The position numbers and the translations under genes were made by a program. Below, one piece after another: positions 50,521 through 61,657 of a DNA stretch of 64,000 nucleotides. Below the pieces are notes generated by a model. That model searched no databases. It was not told where the DNA came from and was given only the letters and a program-made list of their open reading frames with translations. Position 1 is the first letter of the stretch; every line of letters begins with the position of its first letter. The DNA is from a virus, in the IMG/VR virus record IMGVR_UViG_3300027970_000006; one strand, 5' to 3'.

Positions 50521-52323
50521 ATGCAGATAGATCCAACAACAAGAATAATAGAGTCGACACAACGATATAAGGGAGCCCCAAAAACGGATCAGTTTATCAA
50601 TATACCATTAAATCAGTCTAGTAAAGATTTAACAGAATTTGATAGAAGTGTTGATTTAAATCTTGCAAATGTGTTTGATGAAGAAAGACAATTATCCACA
50701 ATATTTAGACCTGTAACAAAATATTCAGTTTTGTTTGAAAACGCTTTAACGGGCACAACATTATACCCCCCGTTTAGAGACAATCTTTATTATACAAATG
50801 CGTTATCAAACGCAATATCATATTATCCTTCAGGTAATTCACCATCAGTTCCACCACAACCAATGAACCAAAATGTTCCTTGGGATGGATTTCCCCAATA
50901 TCCCGAGTTTGATTTTATACGAACCGATAATGATGTTTTGGGGTATACGATTGGAAACGGAAGACATTTAGATTTTAAATCAATTAGTGCGACCACATAT
51001 AATTGGTCACACTATTTAAGTTACGCATATCAAAATGATTACACTAAAAATCTTTATGCCATTGAGCCAAATACAAATATTTCTTGGAATTGGGTGGCAC
51101 AAGATGGGTTACCATATTATGTAACTCTTGGTAGTGATCAAACAACAAGGGTTATTAGTTTTAAATGTCCTGTTATGCATGGATTATCGGTTGGAGAATT
51201 TGTTCAACTATCAACAAACTATAATGGGAATGATTTTTTTCAAGTAACTAGTTTGGGAGATACGGCTTCAGGATCCGATGAATATATTTTTAACATATTA
51301 AATGTTGGATATACAGGAACTACGTTTCAAACCTTCACACAAGGAACATTCAAAAGGGTTATAAATGCGTCTAATTCTGCTGATACAATCAGTAAATATT
51401 ATGTTAGAAAACATAAAATATTAACAAATCCTGAATGTGCGGTATTGGTAAACGCAGGATACGAACAAAATGTTTATAACAATAAAACCAAATGTGAAAT
51501 AAAATCATTAACACCAAACCAAAGAAAACGAACATCAGTTAAAGAAGGATCAAGAGCATATACTTTATCATTTAATTGTGATGTGGATATTCTTGATTTA
51601 TTGGATAATGAAAACAGACCCGTTAGTGAATTATTTTTTACCACAATTTGGAGAGGTTATTTTGGGTGGACACAAAAATTAAAACAAGGTTGGTATTTTA
51701 ATACTTTTTTAGATCAAAAACAACCACAAATATGGTGGGATCAAAATAATGCAAATTCAAATACGACTATACTCCAAAATCAATATTTTTCATTATTAAA
51801 TAAAGGACCATTTTATTATAATGAATTATTAACAACAGGAGACACAATAGACGGAGATTTTTGTGAATGGAATAATTTTGAACAACTTGAAAGAGTAATT
51901 TCAATATATCAACATAAGATAACATATGACCAAAATTGGTTTAGTTTATCGGCAACCACACTAAACTCAAATAATTCTTTTGGGTATTTTTATCAACCAC
52001 ATAGTCCAATTCAAATTAGGGCTTTTTCTGATTATATTGAAGAAGGAAGTTCTTTAAATGTTGTTGGTATTCCTGATTATGCATATTACTCAACAATGAA
52101 TGCTTTATTTAGATGGAGAGATTTATATCCATATGGACTTGTTGATACAGATGGTGTTGGCGTTGATTTTCCTTTTTTAAATAACGCACATTACCCATTT
52201 ACAAACACAATATTTAGAGTTACCCCCGAAAATTACAACATACCAAGTGATTACGCTCAAACTGGAGCGGTTCCTATAAACATAACAACAATTGCTGACC
52301 CAATAGCCGATGAATGCGAGTAG
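50521..52323 (+). CDS. Structural (baseplate/tail) protein
   Basis: 600-aa ORF in the structural operon; WRDLYPYG C-terminal motif. Confidence 0.55.
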   Translation: MQIDPTTRIIESTQRYKGAPKTDQFINIPLNQSSKDLTEFDRSVDLNLANVFDEERQLSTIFRPVTKYSVLFENALTGTTLYPPFRDNLYYTNALSNAISYYPSGNSPSVPPQPMNQNVPWDGFPQYPEFDFIRTDNDVLGYTIGNGRHLDFKSISATTYNWSHYLSYAYQNDYTKNLYAIEPNTNISWNWVAQDGLPYYVTLGSDQTTRVISFKCPVMHGLSVGEFVQLSTNYNGNDFFQVTSLGDTASGSDEYIFNILNVGYTGTTFQTFTQGTFKRVINASNSADTISKYYVRKHKILTNPECAVLVNAGYEQNVYNNKTKCEIKSLTPNQRKRTSVKEGSRAYTLSFNCDVDILDLLDNENRPVSELFFTTIWRGYFGWTQKLKQGWYFNTFLDQKQPQIWWDQNNANSNTTILQNQYFSLLNKGPFYYNELLTTGDTIDGDFCEWNNFEQLERVISIYQHKITYDQNWFSLSATTLNSNNSFGYFYQPHSPIQIRAFSDYIEEGSSLNVVGIPDYAYYSTMNALFRWRDLYPYGLVDTDGVGVDFPFLNNAHYPFTNTIFRVTPENYNIPSDYAQTGAVPINITTIADPIADECE

Positions 52324-53116
52324 AATAAAAATTGTAAAAGATGATATTAACAAATATGTTAATATTCCCATTAATATGCAATGGGATTTTATGGGTAGGG
52401 ACGAAAGCATTTCTGAATATGAAACAGAGATGGTTAAACAGGTTACCGGAGTTGCTGCCGATTTTGAAATTGCAAGATTTAGTCATAATGTGTTTAATAA
52501 TGGTGACTCAGCAATTAATTATGAATTTAATTTTTATGATGACTCCCAACCAATAACGGCAACTACGGTTGGAGCATGGTCAAACACATATTTGAATAAT
52601 GGATTTTCAGTTCAAGACGTTTATTATTATTCAAAACCTTTCACAAAATCTTTTTTTAAATTAGATTTTTATGACACAAAAGAAGAAAAAACACAACAAA
52701 TTTATTTGTCAGTAATTCTCCCCGTTCAACAAGGATTGACACAAACCGTAGTTTTATCGCCAATCATACCTCCTGTTGAAATTAAAAAACCAAAAATGGT
52801 TTTGGATTATATTGGAAATGATAAAGAAGGGTTTTTTATTTATTGGTTAAGAAGTAGGGATTTTATAGATATATCAACTTTTTATATGACCGCCAAATTT
52901 TTTGATGCAAGAGAAGGAGTTTTTAAACAAATGACAAATACAAGACAAGATTTAATAACCCCAAGCAAGTTTGATTTTAATAATGAGGACTATTTTTATT
53001 ATAAGGTGGAATTAGATTATAACGATAAAACTTACGAAGTGTTTTCAACATCAACAACTCTAAGAGTTGGAGATTCAAACTCACCGATAATCTGGTATGA
53101 ATATGTTAACCCATAA
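52310..53116 (+). CDS. Structural protein
   Basis: 268 aa, KSFFKLDFYD motif, coupled to its neighbours. Confidence 0.55.
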   Translation: MNASRIKIVKDDINKYVNIPINMQWDFMGRDESISEYETEMVKQVTGVAADFEIARFSHNVFNNGDSAINYEFNFYDDSQPITATTVGAWSNTYLNNGFSVQDVYYYSKPFTKSFFKLDFYDTKEEKTQQIYLSVILPVQQGLTQTVVLSPIIPPVEIKKPKMVLDYIGNDKEGFFIYWLRSRDFIDISTFYMTAKFFDAREGVFKQMTNTRQDLITPSKFDFNNEDYFYYKVELDYNDKTYEVFSTSTTLRVGDSNSPIIWYEYVNP

Positions 53117-54291
53117 TGGAATTACAAGAATTTAAGTTTATTATTTCCCCTGAGAATATCAAAAGTGATATTATTTTTGTTCCATACACAGGAGAAACAG
53201 ATATTACAACAATCATTGATCCTTGTTGTTTAACAGCAACAACCACAAGCGCAACAACAACAGGAACAACAGGGGTTTATCTTCCAATGAGTTATATTTT
53301 AAGTGGAAACACAGGAGGGACTTCATTTTTAACTGGTTTATCGGTAAACATATTAATAACAGAATCTGCCGTTGACTTGGGTTATTATACACCTTTTGAT
53401 GGTTTAGTTTTACAAGCTGATGTGTTAAATAATTTTATTGTTACCGCAAATACAATTAACCCATATACTTATACTTTTTACAATACCTCTGATTTAGAAT
53501 TTGTTAAGTTTTTACAACTATGTACTTATACATTAGATTGGGGGGACGGATCACCACAACAGGCGGTTTTAGGTATTTCACCAATTACACATACATACGC
53601 AACTGCAAATAATAACTATACAATTACCTTGACCGCCAACTCGCCTTGGGGGATATCAAAAGTTCAAAAACCTATTTTAACACCATATAGTGCCGCCACA
53701 ATACCAAACCCACAAGGATCAATAACATTTTATCCCGCAGGTGGAAGTTGGTCGGCAAACCCTGTAAGCTATGATTATATCTTTACAGGAGATTCAAATA
53801 CAAACATTAACGACTACTATTCATACAACTACACATCAGTTCCATTTCCAATAACAGGATTTACAGAATCCACCGTAAATGATTTGGCACAATACGGACC
53901 TAAAATTAATTTATCAGGAGGTAAGTTTAAGTTGGGGATTCAAGTAACAGGAACAACAGGTGCTATCGGAACTTATTATGGCGTAGATCCAACAGGAACT
54001 TATAGTGCCTACACAATGAACGGAGCGATTTACCATGACTATGAAGATTTTACAATATATTTTACAGACTCATATGGATTAGTCCCTGGTGATTTAGAAT
54101 TATCGGCAATAACTAAAAATGAAGCTTTACTAAATGTTATTGACCAACCAGAAGTTATTACTAATGTTTATATTGAAAGAGGAAAATACACACCATTAGA
54201 AAATGTTATGAGATTAGGTGAGGTTGATAATGTTGGGGATTTACAGAAATACGGATACAAATATTTTACAATAGAAAAAGTATCAACATAA
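53116..54291 (+). CDS. Structural protein with PKD-like domain
   Basis: YTLDWGDGS...ITHTY...YTITLTA PKD signature. Confidence 0.65.
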   Translation: MELQEFKFIISPENIKSDIIFVPYTGETDITTIIDPCCLTATTTSATTTGTTGVYLPMSYILSGNTGGTSFLTGLSVNILITESAVDLGYYTPFDGLVLQADVLNNFIVTANTINPYTYTFYNTSDLEFVKFLQLCTYTLDWGDGSPQQAVLGISPITHTYATANNNYTITLTANSPWGISKVQKPILTPYSAATIPNPQGSITFYPAGGSWSANPVSYDYIFTGDSNTNINDYYSYNYTSVPFPITGFTESTVNDLAQYGPKINLSGGKFKLGIQVTGTTGAIGTYYGVDPTGTYSAYTMNGAIYHDYEDFTIYFTDSYGLVPGDLELSAITKNEALLNVIDQPEVITNVYIERGKYTPLENVMRLGEVDNVGDLQKYGYKYFTIEKVST

Positions 54292-54318
54292 CTATTTATA
54301 AAAAAGTAAGAAAAAAAA

Positions 54319-55224
54319 ATGGCAATTTCTAATTATGGCACAATAAGACCTTCAGACGTTAGTCCTGAAGATGTGGAAATTATATTGGTTTATACTGAAT
54401 CAAGAGACGACACACAAAATTTTACATTAACAACTTTAAACGCACAAGACGTTCTTAGACCTTATTTTAATAATAATGATACTGGTGGTAGTTCTGTTGA
54501 AATTTTGGGTGGTTTATATAACTTAAAATTACCGGCAGATCAATTTAATAAATTGGGTATTTATACCCTTATGATTAGACCCGCAGAAATAAGAACATTA
54601 ATTACCGATTGTGGTGTTTTATCCGCTTTACCAAATGTTAAGGGTATTGTTATTGACTTAAACAATGTTCCGGCACAATATAGAAATAAATTCGTTAATC
54701 AAGGTTTAGTTGGTTTTAGAGTGGAATATTTAAATCCCGACGGAACAAAAATACCAAACTTTTTTAGAATTATCACATCATCTTTTTATTGTGAACCAGT
54801 TGTTCAAAACCTTACAAATACAATTCAAAAATCTATTAGATATAAATATGTAGAAGGGGCAACTAACTTGTTATTTTGCACGTTATCCCCATCTTCATCA
54901 CCAACTAATAAACCAAGTGCAACCCCTTATATTGGACAACCAAATCAAAGTATTATTATTACCAATACATACTTTAACCCAATAAGCACCGAGATTGAGA
55001 TTGTTGACCAAGATATTTCAACACTTGCAATCGCTCTTTACGGAAACCAAACTAAATCTATTGAGGATGGTATTTACACCATTTACGATTCTAATAATAA
55101 CATATACAAACAATACAACTTGTATGAAATTAAAGATCAGTTCAATACTCTTCTTTATGAAGTTAGACAAGATCGTGGTGAAAATATTGATTTCTCAAAG
55201 GCATTTAATAATATAACCGCTTAA
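54319..55224 (+). CDS. Conserved-looking structural (baseplate) protein
   Basis: 301-aa ORF behind TATTTATA; coupled to the next gene. Confidence 0.55.
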   Translation: MAISNYGTIRPSDVSPEDVEIILVYTESRDDTQNFTLTTLNAQDVLRPYFNNNDTGGSSVEILGGLYNLKLPADQFNKLGIYTLMIRPAEIRTLITDCGVLSALPNVKGIVIDLNNVPAQYRNKFVNQGLVGFRVEYLNPDGTKIPNFFRIITSSFYCEPVVQNLTNTIQKSIRYKYVEGATNLLFCTLSPSSSPTNKPSATPYIGQPNQSIIITNTYFNPISTEIEIVDQDISTLAIALYGNQTKSIEDGIYTIYDSNNNIYKQYNLYEIKDQFNTLLYEVRQDRGENIDFSKAFNNITA

Positions 55225-58211
55225 TGGCAACAAATAAATTTACTTGTCCACCTCAAAGTAGTGCCGCTAACCAATTCTCCAATAATTTAGTTGGTGTTCA
55301 GTTGGTCACTGGAGGAGGTCTAACGCAAGCAAATTTTAATTTTACTACAGGTATTTCTGAAAAACAAAATCGGACATTCAACATAGGAACATTCTCAGAC
55401 CCAATTAATTTACAATCCATGAATATGGAAAGTAATATTGAGTCCGCAGAAATTTTAGCAAACAACTATAGAGTTTACCCAAATTACGATTTATCACAAG
55501 TAACAAACTTCACACAATACGGATCATTAGTAAAAAGATTTTCAACATCGGTTACAAAGATTATCAATTATTTTCCGGCAGCTTTAGAGGTGTCCCCAAC
55601 AACACCAAAATTCATTACCCAAGAAACCGCGATTAACATTTCATATGATTCGGTAGAAAATGATACAATTTTTGAAGTTTATTTAGGATCAATCCAAAAT
55701 CCATTTGAAATTGATTATAGTGTTAATTCTGAAGTAAACATGATGTTTAACGAACTTGAAGTTTCACCATTAAGGAATATGAAATTAGAGTATAAGAAAT
55801 ACGTGTTATATGTTAATGGTAATCAATATCCTGTAAATTACTTATACCCAACTGATAGTTCATCGGTAACATTAAAACTTATTGTTGATGGAAATCCGTT
55901 TAGTGGAAATCAAATTTCTTATGAATATTTGGTTATTAGACCAAGTGATTATGAAACAAATAAAGTTTTTAATTTGAATTTTGACACTGTTGAGCAATTT
56001 TTATTAAATAGACAAATAACTCCGGCATACACCGCAACTTTTACCGTTCCAAAAGAACAAGAAGACGGAACTTTTATTTTAACAACAGAAACCGCAACAT
56101 GGCCAAGATCAGGATTTTGGAATTTGGATATTAGATCAGGATCTTTTGATAATTATTTGATAAAAATTAATGATTTTGCATATAACTTAGATCAATATAC
56201 CACAAATATTGTTTCTAGATTTTTAACAACAGGGGCTCTTAAAGAATTTGACACACCCGATCAAAAGTTTGAAAAACTACTCCAAATATACGGAAGAAGT
56301 TTTGATGAAACAAAGACGTTTATTTCTGCGTTAGGAAACATTAATAGTATTCACTATACGGTTCAAAACGATATCCCATCACAATTATTAAAAAATTTGG
56401 CACAAACATTAGGATGGGTTACAAATTTTTCACCAATATCAAATGAAGAGTTATTACAGGCTGTATTCACAACACAACCAAATACTTTTCCAGGGTTACA
56501 AATAGGACAAACACCTGAAGAAATAAATTATCAGTTTTATAGAAATTTAATTCTAAACTCTGCATATCTCTTTAAATCAAAAGGGACAAGAAAATCTATA
56601 GAATGTTTATTAAGAATGATCGGTGCTCCAGAAGCGATTACCGAATTTAATGAATATATTTATGTTGCTGACCAAAGAATAAATATGAGTGAGTTTAATC
56701 AACAATACGCTCAAATTAGTACTGGTACATTATCAACACAAATCCCAATTTTAGACACTACCGACGTGTTTTCAATTCAAGGGGTTTCATATACAGGGTT
56801 TACAACAACATCAACAAACGTAAATGTTTTAACAACAAGAACTGATTACCCTGTTGATGAGTTTGGTTGTCCCAAAATGCCAACACCATCAGAAAGTTAT
56901 TTTTTCCAAATAGGCGGTGGGTGGTTTGAATCAACACCTCAACATAGAATGCCCGAATTTGCGATTCCAACAAATCAGGTCTTCACAGGAAATAACCCAA
57001 ATTATCAAACACAACTTTTACCTTTTAATTATGGGGAAGAATATCTACAAAGATATAGACATTTTCCTTATATGGACATGGGGTATAAATTAAGAAATGT
57101 TATTGATAATAAAAAAAGTTGGGTAGATACAAACTCAACTTTAAGAACAAGTTTTGAGGGGGGATTTAATTCGTATTATAATGTTGGTGAAGAGTGTTTA
57201 ACGTTAAATGTTAAAAACGTGGACATAATGATGAACCCAGCACAAGGATTAGCTTACGATGTTTGGTATATGTCCCGACAATATAATTTCCCAATACCAG
57301 AACAGGGTTTATTTTACACACCACCATCACCATGTTATATACCTAACCCATATCCAAAATTGGGTGGGGTAGATTGGACAACAATAGTCCCAAAACCAAA
57401 ACAAAAAACTTTCTTTGAGTTCGCTCAAACATTTTGGAGAAATATGATAAACACGAGAAATCGTCAATTTATCACCGATGGAAAAACAGGAGGATATCCG
57501 ACGTTACAATCAATATATTGGAGGTATTTAGAGTCCATTAAATTGGCTGGAGTTCCAAACAACAATTACACATATCAAACAATGATAGATTATGTGAATG
57601 GTATGGGAGATTATTGGATTCAAATGATTGAACAAATGGTTCCTGCTACCACAATTTGGAACACAGGAACAAGATTAGAAAATTCAATATTTCATAGACA
57701 AAAATTTGTATGGAGAAGACAAGAAGGTTGTAAGTTTCTTCCAATACCTTGTAAACCTTGTAATCTTACAACACAACTATATGTATTGGATTGTCCGGTA
57801 CAACAAGTGACTTGTGGACTATATCCTTGGACGACAAACCCAAATACCACATCATTTGGAATTGTATTAGGAGAAACCATGTTAGACTTCTTCTTGTCTC
57901 AAGGGTTGGATCCAAATAATTGTCAAATCAACACGATTGTGAGTAATTGGTATGTTGATATAAGAATAAATGGGTTGATATTAACACAATACGGTTTTTT
58001 CACTGGTGTTGGAACAAATGGGTTCCCAACTAGTAGTCAATGGGTTACAGCTTTGTCTGAGGCTTTTGATGGTTTACTAAACAATGGGTATGGTTATAAT
58101 ATTGATGAGACAGACGAAGAAATCGTTGTGTTCAATAATAATTGTCAACCAAATTTTGACGACCTTCAAATTAATGTTGGGATAAACTTTGAAGTGTATT
58201 GTAACGGGTAA
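55224..58211 (+). CDS. Baseplate wedge protein (gp7 / P2 tail protein I-like motif)
   Basis: LLKNLAQTLGW...YRNLILNSAYLFKSKGTRKSIE. Confidence 0.65.
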   Translation: MATNKFTCPPQSSAANQFSNNLVGVQLVTGGGLTQANFNFTTGISEKQNRTFNIGTFSDPINLQSMNMESNIESAEILANNYRVYPNYDLSQVTNFTQYGSLVKRFSTSVTKIINYFPAALEVSPTTPKFITQETAINISYDSVENDTIFEVYLGSIQNPFEIDYSVNSEVNMMFNELEVSPLRNMKLEYKKYVLYVNGNQYPVNYLYPTDSSSVTLKLIVDGNPFSGNQISYEYLVIRPSDYETNKVFNLNFDTVEQFLLNRQITPAYTATFTVPKEQEDGTFILTTETATWPRSGFWNLDIRSGSFDNYLIKINDFAYNLDQYTTNIVSRFLTTGALKEFDTPDQKFEKLLQIYGRSFDETKTFISALGNINSIHYTVQNDIPSQLLKNLAQTLGWVTNFSPISNEELLQAVFTTQPNTFPGLQIGQTPEEINYQFYRNLILNSAYLFKSKGTRKSIECLLRMIGAPEAITEFNEYIYVADQRINMSEFNQQYAQISTGTLSTQIPILDTTDVFSIQGVSYTGFTTTSTNVNVLTTRTDYPVDEFGCPKMPTPSESYFFQIGGGWFESTPQHRMPEFAIPTNQVFTGNNPNYQTQLLPFNYGEEYLQRYRHFPYMDMGYKLRNVIDNKKSWVDTNSTLRTSFEGGFNSYYNVGEECLTLNVKNVDIMMNPAQGLAYDVWYMSRQYNFPIPEQGLFYTPPSPCYIPNPYPKLGGVDWTTIVPKPKQKTFFEFAQTFWRNMINTRNRQFITDGKTGGYPTLQSIYWRYLESIKLAGVPNNNYTYQTMIDYVNGMGDYWIQMIEQMVPATTIWNTGTRLENSIFHRQKFVWRRQEGCKFLPIPCKPCNLTTQLYVLDCPVQQVTCGLYPWTTNPNTTSFGIVLGETMLDFFLSQGLDPNNCQINTIVSNWYVDIRINGLILTQYGFFTGVGTNGFPTSSQWVTALSEAFDGLLNNGYGYNIDETDEEIVVFNNNCQPNFDDLQINVGINFEVYCNG

Positions 58212-60397
58212 TGAGTATTTCTGTTTATAATTTTAATGTAACTGGTGATTGTAGTAATACAAATTCGGGATCCGTATATTTTAATATTACAGGATCAACA
58301 CCCCCGTTTGCAGTTACCTGTATTACCTCTGGTTGTCCATTACCAACATCAGCAGCCACATTAAGTTATTCAGCGTCAAGTTTATCGGCAGACACTTATT
58401 TTTTACAAATTATTGATGGGGTATCTAACTCATATTTACAAGCGGTTTATATTTCATCAGGAACAACAGCAACAATTGACTCTCAAAACACTAGTTGTGG
58501 TTTAGATAATGGGATTATTACAGGATTTACGTCTGGGGTTTATGGTATTGCAACATTTACACTTTATGATGGGAGTGATAATTATGTGACATCAGCCACA
58601 ACACCAAATTCATATTATGATTTCACATCTTTATCTGCCGGTACTTATTATATTGTCGCAAATGATGGGGGTGGGTGTACAGGAATAACCGCCTCTGTAA
58701 TTTTAACACCATCAACAGGTCTTACATTTGGGGCATATATCGTAAATGATGGTAGTTGTATTGGAACCCCAAGTGGTAAATTATTTTTAACAGGTTTAAC
58801 ATTACCAAGTTCGGCCTATACAATAACTTGGTCACCAAATGTTAATGGACAAACAGGAACTACCGTGACAGGACTAACAGGAGGGGTTTATTTGGCGACG
58901 GTAACAGACCCAAATAATTGCACCACCACAAATTCATTTAACGTTAACACCGTTGGTGCATTAACTTCTGCTGGTTTTATAACGATAGACCAACCAACAT
59001 GTTTTTTTAATGATGGTGTGGTTGAGTTTATAATTACAGGTGGAACCGCGCCATATTTTTTCAGTGGATCATCAGGTCAGGTAGAAATTACTTTTAATCA
59101 ATCAGTTATTTTTACAGGATTATCATCGGGGGGTTATAGTTTTTTAGTGACAGATGCAGGGCTTTGCACCATTTACGACTCTGTTTCTTTAATAACACCA
59201 AATTCATTTAGTACCGTTGCCGTTAATACGACACCATCAACTTGTTCTGCTAATGACGGGACAATTCAAGTAATAGTTGACAATGGATTATCAACACAAC
59301 CAAGTTTACTAATCTCAATTTCTGGAACATCAGGAACACAACAAATTGGAACATTAGGAAACCCAAGTCAAACATTTTATGGTTTACCAAATGGAACTTA
59401 TTTGGTAGAGGTAGAGTCCGCAGGGTGTACTTACACAGCAACAACAAATATAACATCTGTCAATTTATATACCGTAACAGCAACAACCACAGGAACTACT
59501 TGTGGGTCAAGTAATGGGATATTACAAGTTTTAGTTTCCACTGGCGGAACCTTACCTTATTTATTTACCTTAGTTGGCCCTTCATATTCTCCTGTGTCAA
59601 CAACATCACCCGTTGGAACTTTTACAAATCTTACTTATGGAAATTATACACTTACGGTACAAGATTCAGGATCTCCATCGTGTGTGCAGACATTTCCTGT
59701 TTATATTGATTATAGTCAAAATGTGTTTTTTAATTTATACCCAAATCAACCATTTAACGGAAATGACGGATCAATAACTACAATTATCACATCAGGAGAA
59801 CCACCATTTACATTAACTTGGACTGGTAATGTTTCTGGTCAAACAGGGTCAACAATTACCGGATTAACTTCAGGATCTTACTCATTAACTGTAACAGACT
59901 CAAGTGGGTGTACTTTAACAAAAACTATAAAATTATCAGGAACAAAAAAATATAGTAATTACCGATATTATAATATATGTGAAAATACTTTTTCAAATAG
60001 TGGGTTAGTGACCAAAAGAGATATTAGATCTATGTATTTAGAAGGCTTTAATGACCTTACAAGTGGTGATACTAATTGTATAATAAATGAAGCAACATTT
60101 ACAATATTTGCACAAATTGGATCTCAATCTGCTCAAACCGAATTTTATACATCATCAGGGTCTACTGATTATCCTAGTGATACTATATGGGCTCAAACAA
60201 TAACAAATACATTGGATTCATTTTTAGGTATATCAGGAACAACGGTTGATATCATATCAAATAGAATTACCGTAAAAACAACTTGTGAAGACATACCAAA
60301 GGGTTGTATAATTGAACCAATAAACCCACTACAAGATAATCAAATAACCGTTAATCTTATCATTGATTATGACATATCTTGTGTTTCTTGTATTTAA
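58211..60397 (+). CDS. SprB-repeat adhesin-like tail fibre/spike protein
   Basis: Repeated C...G.I...TGGT.PY.(F/Y)...GL..G.Y..TVTD..GC units. Confidence 0.75.
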   Translation: MSISVYNFNVTGDCSNTNSGSVYFNITGSTPPFAVTCITSGCPLPTSAATLSYSASSLSADTYFLQIIDGVSNSYLQAVYISSGTTATIDSQNTSCGLDNGIITGFTSGVYGIATFTLYDGSDNYVTSATTPNSYYDFTSLSAGTYYIVANDGGGCTGITASVILTPSTGLTFGAYIVNDGSCIGTPSGKLFLTGLTLPSSAYTITWSPNVNGQTGTTVTGLTGGVYLATVTDPNNCTTTNSFNVNTVGALTSAGFITIDQPTCFFNDGVVEFIITGGTAPYFFSGSSGQVEITFNQSVIFTGLSSGGYSFLVTDAGLCTIYDSVSLITPNSFSTVAVNTTPSTCSANDGTIQVIVDNGLSTQPSLLISISGTSGTQQIGTLGNPSQTFYGLPNGTYLVEVESAGCTYTATTNITSVNLYTVTATTTGTTCGSSNGILQVLVSTGGTLPYLFTLVGPSYSPVSTTSPVGTFTNLTYGNYTLTVQDSGSPSCVQTFPVYIDYSQNVFFNLYPNQPFNGNDGSITTIITSGEPPFTLTWTGNVSGQTGSTITGLTSGSYSLTVTDSSGCTLTKTIKLSGTKKYSNYRYYNICENTFSNSGLVTKRDIRSMYLEGFNDLTSGDTNCIINEATFTIFAQIGSQSAQTEFYTSSGSTDYPSDTIWAQTITNTLDSFLGISGTTVDIISNRITVKTTCEDIPKGCIIEPINPLQDNQITVNLIIDYDISCVSCI

Positions 60398-60400
60398 GTT

Positions 60401-60625
60401 ATGGCAAATCAAGTAACCATAAATACCATTTCAGGATTAACAACACCATTTAGTGGTTATTGTTGTGATGTTTACGGAAATCAATGTTCTTATATTGGAG
60501 TAATTAGTAGTTTACCAACAACAATTACATTACCAATTCAATTTAATACCGCACCAGCAATAGGATTAAAACTTATTAAAGATAATGGGTGTGAAAGGTT
60601 AGAAACAATTTACTGCACAACATAA
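60401..60625 (+). CDS. Small Cys-rich structural/accessory protein
   Basis: 74 aa; YCCDVYGNQCSY and KDNGCE motifs. Confidence 0.6.
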   Translation: MANQVTINTISGLTTPFSGYCCDVYGNQCSYIGVISSLPTTITLPIQFNTAPAIGLKLIKDNGCERLETIYCTT

Positions 60626-60659
60626 TACACTTGTTTTAAACTTTTCATATAATTAAAAT

Positions 60660-61640
60660 ATGGAAGAAATATTGTTTGTTTCGGCACAACCTGACGTGCC
60701 ATATTTTATATGGCAAATTAAGTTGTATGTTCATAATTTTATAGAAAATGGAATTAACCCAAATCAAATTCATGTTGTATTAGGTCTTGTACAAGGCAAA
60801 ACAACACCATCAAAAGAATCTGAAGAGTTAAAAAACTTAAATATAAATATTCATTATTTTGTTGACGAAAGAATATCAAAACATTATATCCCGTCAATAA
60901 AACCATATTTAATTTCAAAGTGGATTCAGTCAAACCCAAAACATGGTGAGTTATTTTTTCTTCACGACGCAGATATAATTTTTAGAGAACTACCGAACTT
61001 TGATCGGTTGTTGAACGATGATGTCAATTATTTATCTGACACCATTGGATATATTGGATATAATTATATTATGGATTGTTGTGATAGATATGAAAATCGT
61101 CATCCATCTTCAGAAAAAGGTCAATTGATAAAAGAAATGGCCGTAGTTATTGATATTGATGTTGAAACAATAAAGATAAACCAAGAAAACTCTGGTGGAG
61201 GACAATACCTTATAAAAAACACAAGTTGCGAGTTGTGGGATAAGATATATAAAGATTCAACCAAACTTTATGATAAAATGATATCATACCAAAGAAGATT
61301 TCCAATATCCCCTGGTGAGATACAATTTTGGACTGCAGAAATGTGGTCAGTTCTTTGGAATTTATGGTTGTATAATCATCAAACAAAAATAACAAAAGAA
61401 TTGGATTTTTCTTGGGCAACAGACCCAATTGAAATCTATGATGAAAAACCCATATTACATATGGCAGGAGTCACCGATAATTTGAAAACTACAAAATTTT
61501 TTAAAGGGGACTATATTAATATTGACCCAATAACAAAACTTAAAGAAAATCCGAATCAGTTTGATTATGTTGATTTTAAAAGTTCAACGATTAAATACAT
61601 TGAGAATATGAGATCTTATATTAAAAAATACAATGTTTGA
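60660..61640 (+). CDS. GT-A glycosyltransferase resembling peptide O-glycosyltransferases (GT95 HPAT / GT96 SERGT-like)
   Basis: YIPSIKPY..SKW, FLHDADIIF (DxD), GGGQYLI, WTAEMW, ILHMAG motif order. Confidence 0.6.
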   Translation: MEEILFVSAQPDVPYFIWQIKLYVHNFIENGINPNQIHVVLGLVQGKTTPSKESEELKNLNINIHYFVDERISKHYIPSIKPYLISKWIQSNPKHGELFFLHDADIIFRELPNFDRLLNDDVNYLSDTIGYIGYNYIMDCCDRYENRHPSSEKGQLIKEMAVVIDIDVETIKINQENSGGGQYLIKNTSCELWDKIYKDSTKLYDKMISYQRRFPISPGEIQFWTAEMWSVLWNLWLYNHQTKITKELDFSWATDPIEIYDEKPILHMAGVTDNLKTTKFFKGDYINIDPITKLKENPNQFDYVDFKSSTIKYIENMRSYIKKYNV

Positions 61641-61657
61641 TTATTTATTATTATTAG

